NCBI GenBank assembly: GCA_021790035.1 | Contig: JAJYIO010000001.1 | Location: forward strand, 1 to 31,531 | Source of the DNA: a bacterium | Lineage (GTDB): Bacteria > Cyanobacteriota > Sericytochromatia > S15B-MN24 > VGJW01 | Length of the DNA: 31,531 bases | Reading direction: 5' to 3' | Shown here: positions 26,438-31,531 of the stretch, one piece after another | How positions within the stretch are numbered: position 1 is the first letter of the stretch | Layout of the letters: every line of letters starts with the position of its first letter | The notes under the pieces: generated by a model | What the model was told of the DNA's origin: nothing | The model's input: the letters and a program-made list of their open reading frames with translations, nothing else | Database searches by the model: none | Translations under genes and position numbers: made by a program

Positions 26438-27112
26438 TTACTTGCTGGGAGCTGCGCTGGGTGCCGGCGTGGGAACCGGGGCCGGGGTCGGGGCCGGCGG
26501 GTTGATGGCGTCGCAGACCATCTGAACATAGAGGTCTTCCCACTCGGCCTGCGAGAGCATGCCGGTGCCGAGGTGATCGGCGGCCTTGAACTCGGCGGGG
26601 GTCACGCTCGTCAGCTTGAGGGAGATATGGAGGTTGGGGTAGTAGAAGGCCAATCCCTCGCGGGTCAGCGCCTGGCTCGAGAGCTCGGAAGACGAAAGCC
26701 AGCCATCGTGGTTGGTATCGAGATCGTTGAAGATGCTGCCCAGCTGGCTGCGCAGCCGGGACACGAACGAAGACTCGGTGTCGTTGCCCTGCAGGAACCC
26801 GCCCTGGGTGGCGTACATCATGAACTCGTTGAAGTCGAGCCGGTCGTCATGGTTGACGTCGGCCTTCTGGAAGTCGGAAAGCGAGATGTAGGGACCGGCC
26901 TCGTACTCGTCGATGTAGCCGTCGTGGTTGACGTCGATCTTGTTGAAGATGGCCTTGTGGATGGATGTCCAGCCTGCCTCGAGGCCCTGGGTGGACTGGG
27001 CCGAGACGGTGCTCACCGAGAGGTTGCTCGTCGGCATTCCCGTGCTGGGGGCGAGGCCGCAGCCCGCCAGGGTACCGACCGCGACGATCAGCGCGAGCTT
27101 CTTCATGGTCAT
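26438..27112 (-). CDS. EF-hand Ca2+-binding lipoprotein (about 224 aa; start 27112 or 27106)
   Basis: MKKLALIVAVGTLAGC lipobox; loops DVNHDGYIDEYE, DVNHDDRLDFNE, DTNHDGWLSSSE and degenerate DHLGTGMLSQAE; Pro/Ala tail; SD GGAGGG. Confidence 0.88.
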   Translation of the reverse strand: MTMKKLALIVAVGTLAGCGLAPSTGMPTSNLSVSTVSAQSTQGLEAGWTSIHKAIFNKIDVNHDGYIDEYEAGPYISLSDFQKADVNHDDRLDFNEFMMYATQGGFLQGNDTESSFVSRLRSQLGSIFNDLDTNHDGWLSSSELSSQALTREGLAFYYPNLHISLKLTSVTPAEFKAADHLGTGMLSQAEWEDLYVQMVCDAINPPAPTPAPVPTPAPSAAPSK

Positions 27113-27121
27113 GGGTCCCTC

Positions 27122-27215
27122 CAAACGCAAGCAAATGTAAAGTGAAACATTCAATAAAAGCATTTTAAGTGACTTTTAAATACCTGTCAAGTAGGAGAAT
27201 GCAATCGATCTGAAA
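27122..27215. promoter_or_regulatory. AT-rich divergent promoter region with palindrome AATGT-N8-ACATT (27134-27151)
   Basis: The most AT-rich stretch I saw in the window; lies between the divergent EF-hand gene and the lipoprotein-subtilase pair. Binding factor unknown. Confidence 0.5.
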
Positions 27216-27337
27216 AATCTCCGACTCCAGGTGCTGCGCCTCGCACTCCTGGCGCTCGGCCTCCGCTCCTTCGAGCGACGTCTGGAGAAAGGGCGCCGTC
27301 AGGGGCTTTCCCAGACACGACGGCTCTCGGGCGAGGG

Positions 27338-27343
27338 TATAAT
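27338..27343 (+). promoter_or_regulatory. Consensus -10 hexamer TATAAT, 7 nt before ATG27351
   Basis: Exact TATAAT; spacing fits a leaderless transcript; no convincing -35. Confidence 0.4.
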
Positions 27344-27350
27344 GCCGGCG

Positions 27351-28856
27351 ATGAGCGACCTCTGGCACCCTGATCCGGCTCCAGCCAGCCGATTCTTCAA
27401 GGTGTCCATCGTGGCCGCATTCGGCGCCAGCGCCCTGCTGGGCGGGTGCGACGTCCTCCTGATCTCCCCCTCGCTTCCTGGCCTGCTCCCGGGCCTCGGA
27501 CAGCCGCTGCAAGGGCAGGTCCTCGATGCGCTGACCGACCAGCCCATCGGGCATGCCTCGGTCATGGGGGACCTGGGCCAGGGCGACGTCGGCTGGGCGA
27601 CGACCGGCAACGACGGCAACTTCTCCCTTTACGGCGACATCTCGCGCCGCGTCGTCAGCATCAGCCGGGCGGGCTACACCTCGGTCACCTACGAGGACGG
27701 CGGCATAACGGATGGCCGCAAGTACTACCTCTCGCCGCTCTTCCCGCAGAGCGGCAGCTATCACCACGTCCAGGCCGTGGTCACCGGACAGGTCGACGAG
27801 TACACGGCCAGCGGCCCGCAGCCGGCGCCGACCCTGACGGGCTCGGTCTTCTTCGGCGGCCAGGAGACCAACTTCGCGAACGGCGTCTTCGCTTTCCCGG
27901 AGATGGATCCGGACCTTCCCGGCAACGTCTACTCGGGCATCCTGGGCGGCGGCGAACTCGCCGCCGGCAGCCAGGATCCCTCGACCGGCGGGGCGTTCAG
28001 CTTCAAGTCCTACGGCAACACCATGAGCTTCGACTACCAGATCGTCAGCGTGCCGTTCGTCGACGCCCCGTCGGCGGGCGGCACGGTGTCCGTGACACCA
28101 TGGCCCGATCCCCAGCCGCTCGAACTCGGACGCACCTTCGCCCGCAGCGCCGACGTCTCCTACAGCAACATCGGGTGGGCCACGCAGGTGGAGACCGACA
28201 TCTCCATCGACTTCGGATTGCTCGGATCGCTCCTGGTCGCCCGGCAGTACCAGAGCCAGCAAAGTGTCGACATCCCGAGCATCGGCCCGGACTACCGCTA
28301 CATCCTGGACGGCAAGGCCACCAACGCCGATGGCACGCAGGTCTCCGAGGTTTCCATCGCCACGGACGATCCATCCAAGGCTTCCTTCACCCTCCTTTCC
28401 CCGCCCAAGCCCACGGGCCCGGCCACGGGTGCCAAGGGGGTCGGCGCCCACCCCGTGTTCTCTTGGGATCCGGTCGCCGGGGCCGACAGCTACGTGGTCA
28501 AGGTCATCGAGCAGGGCAACACGGTGCCCAAGTGGGAGGCCTCCGTCGACGGGTCGACGACGGCGATCGGCTATCCCTGGTGGAGCGACGGCGACATGAA
28601 CGGGGGAGCCTTGATTCCCGGCGCCTCGTACTCGTGGGATGTCTACGCGATCTCCACCGCCTTCGCGGGGACCTCGCCGACAGCCCTGGACCTCGCCGAC
28701 GTGCTTCCGGCCGCGGTCGAGCCCGGCACCGGATCGCTGGCGGCTGCGTCCGCATCCTCCTCCGGGAGCGTGAGCCCACAGACCAGCCCGATCTTCGCGC
28801 CCTACCGGCAAAAGACCCTCGAGTCCTATACGAGCGGAATGTGGTTCATGCGATGA
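27351..28856 (+). CDS. Large beta-rich lipoprotein with N-terminal carboxypeptidase-regulatory-like (CarboxypepD_reg) domain and FN3-like C-terminal module (about 501 aa; start 27351 or 27342)
   Basis: LLGGC lipobox; LQGQVLDALTDQPIGHASV..ATTGNDGNFSL; PVFSWDPVAGADSYVVKV; stop overlaps the subtilase start (ATGA). Confidence 0.78.
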   Translation: MSDLWHPDPAPASRFFKVSIVAAFGASALLGGCDVLLISPSLPGLLPGLGQPLQGQVLDALTDQPIGHASVMGDLGQGDVGWATTGNDGNFSLYGDISRRVVSISRAGYTSVTYEDGGITDGRKYYLSPLFPQSGSYHHVQAVVTGQVDEYTASGPQPAPTLTGSVFFGGQETNFANGVFAFPEMDPDLPGNVYSGILGGGELAAGSQDPSTGGAFSFKSYGNTMSFDYQIVSVPFVDAPSAGGTVSVTPWPDPQPLELGRTFARSADVSYSNIGWATQVETDISIDFGLLGSLLVARQYQSQQSVDIPSIGPDYRYILDGKATNADGTQVSEVSIATDDPSKASFTLLSPPKPTGPATGAKGVGAHPVFSWDPVAGADSYVVKVIEQGNTVPKWEASVDGSTTAIGYPWWSDGDMNGGALIPGASYSWDVYAISTAFAGTSPTALDLADVLPAAVEPGTGSLAAASASSSGSVSPQTSPIFAPYRQKTLESYTSGMWFMR

Positions 28857-30229
28857 AGAAGCATCGCGTGCGGATCACGCAGACACCGGGTCCGGGATAC
28901 GGCCGGCTGGTCGGCGTCGCCCTGATCGCCACGTTCCTGCCCGGCTGCCTGTCGCTGCTCCCCACGGCGGCGCTGCCTCCGGCCGGGACCTACGTGCCCG
29001 GCCAGCTCCTGGTCGAGTTCGCAGCGGGCACCTCGCTGGCCCGCATGCGCCAGGAGCAGCAATCCGCAGGTGCCACTCCCGCCAAGCAGCTCGCATCCGA
29101 CATCTGGTCGGCCTCGGTCTCGAGCGGCGCGGAGACCCGGGCGCTGCAGAGTCTCGACCGGGACCACGACGTGCTCCACGCCGAGCCGGCCCTCACCATT
29201 CACGACGATATGGTCGGCGGCTTTACCCCGGGCCCCGTTTACGGGACCGCTCCGAGCCCCGGCTACCGGGTGCAGTACACCATTCCCAACCCGCTGTATC
29301 CGCCCTCGGGCGGCCTTCCCGGTCAGTGGGGCGTCACGCAGGTCGAGGCGCCACAGGCCTGGGACCAGGGCGCCCTGGGCAACGGCGTCGAGGTCGCGGT
29401 GGTCGACACGGGGGCCGACGTCGGGCACCCGGATCTCGTCAACAACCTGGACCTCAAGAACGCGGCCAACTACTACGATCCCGACAAGAACACGCTGCCC
29501 ATCGACGATTTCGGGCACGGTACCCACGTGGCGGGGATCATCGCCGCCCAGCTCGGGACCTTCGGAACCGTGGGCGTGGCTCCCCAGGCTCACGTGATTC
29601 CCATCCGGGTGATGGGAGTCGAAGGCGGGACGACCGCCAACGTCATCGCGGGACTCGACCACGTCCTGCAAACCCCGGCCCGGATCGTCAACCTCAGCCT
29701 GGGTTCGACCGAGCCCAGCGCCGTCGAGCAGGACGAGATCGACAAGCTCGAACAGGCGGGGATCCTGGTGGTGGCAGCGGCCGGCAACGAGGCGCTCGAC
29801 GGCAATCCGCTCGAGTACCCGGCCTCCTATCCCGGGGTCGTGTCGGTCGCGGCGACCCGGATCGTGGATTCCAGCAACGGAAGCAACATCCAGACCGAGC
29901 ACGCCGACTTCTCCAACTTCAACCCGTTCGTATCGGTCGCCGCCCCTGGCGTCGACATCCTGTCCACGGTGCCGCGCCAGCTCGCCAACGGCGCCGCCGC
30001 CTCGACGCCCGACGAGGGCGCATACGCCTACGCCAGCGGCACGTCGATGGCCACTCCGATGGTCTCGGGCGTCGCGGCCCTCATCCTGTCCGCCCATCCG
30101 ACCTGGTCGGCGGCCCAGGTCAAGGCCCAGCTCCTGGCGACCGCCGGAGAGCCGCCGACCGCCAACACGGGCTTCAACAGCTTCTTCGGCTACGGGGTCG
30201 TCAACGCGCTGGCCGCGGTGACGCGGTGA
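28853..30229 (+). CDS. S8 subtilisin-like serine protease, lipoprotein (458 aa from ATG28853)
   Basis: FLPGC lipobox; propeptide YVPGQLLVEF..AEP; catalytic triad VAVVDTG, HGTHVAG, GTSMATP; oxyanion AAAGN; YGVVNA terminus. Confidence 0.96.
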   Translation: MKKHRVRITQTPGPGYGRLVGVALIATFLPGCLSLLPTAALPPAGTYVPGQLLVEFAAGTSLARMRQEQQSAGATPAKQLASDIWSASVSSGAETRALQSLDRDHDVLHAEPALTIHDDMVGGFTPGPVYGTAPSPGYRVQYTIPNPLYPPSGGLPGQWGVTQVEAPQAWDQGALGNGVEVAVVDTGADVGHPDLVNNLDLKNAANYYDPDKNTLPIDDFGHGTHVAGIIAAQLGTFGTVGVAPQAHVIPIRVMGVEGGTTANVIAGLDHVLQTPARIVNLSLGSTEPSAVEQDEIDKLEQAGILVVAAAGNEALDGNPLEYPASYPGVVSVAATRIVDSSNGSNIQTEHADFSNFNPFVSVAAPGVDILSTVPRQLANGAAASTPDEGAYAYASGTSMATPMVSGVAALILSAHPTWSAAQVKAQLLATAGEPPTANTGFNSFFGYGVVNALAAVTR

Positions 30230-30237
30230 CGCGGTGA
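30214..30237 (+). repeat. (CGCGGTGA)x3 octamer tandem repeat spanning the subtilase stop
   Basis: Exact copies at 30214, 30222 and 30230. Confidence 0.85.
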
Positions 30238-30367
30238 GGACCATCCGGCCAGGGGCCCCCCCCATCGCTCGACCCGGGCAAGATCCCCGAACCGGGGCGG
30301 GCGGCTTTTCCTCGAGTTTTGGAACCCCGACTGTGACACCGATGCCCTTTCCCTGGTAATAATTGCA

Positions 30368-31303
30368 GTGACGATGAAAATACTGGCCGAAGTTCGCCGC
30401 GGAGACCGCGTGGAGAGCGTCCACCAAGGATGGGCGGTGGTCATGAACGCCGAGGGGAGCGTGCTCTACGAGATCCCTGGCGCTCCCTCGATCTTCGTGC
30501 GCTCGACCGCCAAGCCGTTCCAGGCCCTGCCGCTGGTGCGCACGGGGGCCTTCGACTCTCTCGGCCTCGACGACTCGCACCTCGCGCTCTGCTGCGCCTC
30601 GCACGTGGGCGAGGCGGTCCATCAAGAGGGGGTGTCCCGCATCCTCGAGCAGGTCGGCCTGACGCCCCATCACCTGCGCTGCGGCGCCCACCGGCCGTTA
30701 GCCGACTCCGCCGCACCGGCCACGTCCCTTGCCAACAACTGTTCCGGCAAGCACGCGGGCATGCTGACGACGTGCGTTCACTCGGGGTGGGATGTCGCCA
30801 CCTATACCGATCCCACCCACCCGCTCCAGAACGAGATCGCCCGCGGCATCGAGCAGCTCGGCGAGACGCGCCTGGCGTGCGCGACCGATGGCTGCAGTGT
30901 CCCCACGTGGTACATGCCGGTGGCCAGCCTGGCCCTGGCCTACGCCCGACTTTCCGGCGACCCCGCTGGCAGTCGCATCGTATCAGCGATGTCCACCCAC
31001 CCGGCCATGGTCTCCGGGACCGGCCGGCGCGACACGCGGCTCATGCAGGTCACCGGCGGCCGGGTGATTTCCAAGGGTGGTGCCGAAGGGGTCGCGGCGG
31101 GCTGCGTGCCCGAACTAGGGATCGGGTTTGCGGTCAAGATTGCCGACGGCAGCAGTCGAGCGGTCGGGCCTGTCCTGGTGACGCTGCTGCGGCGCCTCGG
31201 CCTCCTCCATGACCACGAGTACGAGGAGCTCCTGCCGCTGAGCCGCTTGACGGTGACGAATCACGCGGGCCTCGAGGTCGGCGAGATCGTTCCGGCCTTT
31301 TGA
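30368..31303 (+). CDS. L-asparaginase II (Rhizobium etli-type, class 3); start 30368 or 30374
   Basis: RGDRVESVH, RSTAKPFQA, ASHVGE..H, NNCSGKHAGM, TDGCSVP, SKGGAEGV, AVKIADG..RA. Confidence 0.92.
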   Translation: MTMKILAEVRRGDRVESVHQGWAVVMNAEGSVLYEIPGAPSIFVRSTAKPFQALPLVRTGAFDSLGLDDSHLALCCASHVGEAVHQEGVSRILEQVGLTPHHLRCGAHRPLADSAAPATSLANNCSGKHAGMLTTCVHSGWDVATYTDPTHPLQNEIARGIEQLGETRLACATDGCSVPTWYMPVASLALAYARLSGDPAGSRIVSAMSTHPAMVSGTGRRDTRLMQVTGGRVISKGGAEGVAAGCVPELGIGFAVKIADGSSRAVGPVLVTLLRRLGLLHDHEYEELLPLSRLTVTNHAGLEVGEIVPAF

Positions 31304-31316
31304 TTTGAAGCTTTGA

Positions 31317-31531
31317 TCCTCCCTCGCAAGCTCGGGCAACGACTCGAGGGAACCCGCTCGTTCCCTCGAACTCTCTCCGGCTGAGGGCAAGCTGCTGCGT
31401 AGCTCGGCTCCAGCGGTGGCGAAGATTCCACACCAAAGGATGCCGCCCGCCTGACACCTGGCGACGCTTGCGTTCCTCCCTCGCAAGCTCGGGCAACGAC
31501 TCGAGGGAACCCGCTCGTTCCCTCGAACTCT
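31317..31531 (+). repeat. Dispersed modular repeat, subtype B, tandem (period 157 nt), cut by the window end
   Basis: 58 nt at 31317-31374 is identical to 31474-31531; perfect hairpin TCGAGGGAAC-CCGCTC-GTTCCCTCGA; module GGGCAAGCTGCTGCGTAGC at 31385-31403 is identical to 5523-5541. Confidence 0.95.

Noticed and set aside
27446-28852. 927-aa giant subtilase with a long N-terminal extension (likewise 693-aa SerS, 505-aa PilT, 522-aa TadE, 381-aa lipoprotein)
   Set aside because: The extensions are Arg/Pro/Gly-rich off-frame readings of the upstream gene; real starts coincide with ATGA/TTGA overlaps or family N-termini.
1690-30691. Long antisense or alternate-frame ORFs (e.g. 1690-2652, 7459-8976, 13587-15071, 15708-17147, 18094-19662, 25127-27145, 27165-28811, 28826-30691)
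   Set aside because: Shadow ORFs of well-supported genes in GC-rich DNA; no recognisable motifs.
1-31531. Circular element or terminal direct repeat defining a prophage or ICE
   Set aside because: The end copies differ at many positions, the content is core housekeeping, and there is no integrase, terminase or replication gene.

Overview
A visibly GC-rich (not computed) bacterial chromosomal segment from a diderm organism (Skp/OmpH, a candidate beta-barrel, six lipobox proteins). It is mostly housekeeping: leuS, serS, an archaeal/eukaryote-type proS, rsfS, a nadD-yqeK fusion, a CoA-type Nudix hydrolase, an MFS transporter, an Ord-like amine dehydrogenase and a class 3 L-asparaginase. Embedded in it is a pilus region: a PH-like ORF coupled to a PilT/PilU ATPase, a lipoprotein and one Flp pilin, then (after an antisense proS) two more Flp pilins, a prepilin peptidase, three large TadE/TadG-like pseudopilins and CpaB. 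No TadA/CpaF, TadB/C, TadZ or secretin is present in the window. The most distinctive unexplained signals are: (i) a dispersed modular REP-like repeat family (1-109, 5463-5591, 7069-7393, 31317-31531) whose two subtypes keep identical flanks and spacing but carry completely different hairpins; (ii) a 75-aa ORF that looks like ProA with its middle deleted in frame; (iii) the PilT/PilU-Flp juxtaposition. No rRNA, tRNA, CRISPR array, transposase or integrase was recognised. All product calls are by motif recognition only, with no database searches run. The nadD-yqeK-rsfS order plus diderm markers is compatible with a Terrabacteria-type lineage (for example non-photosynthetic relatives of Cyanobacteria), but that is a weak inference.
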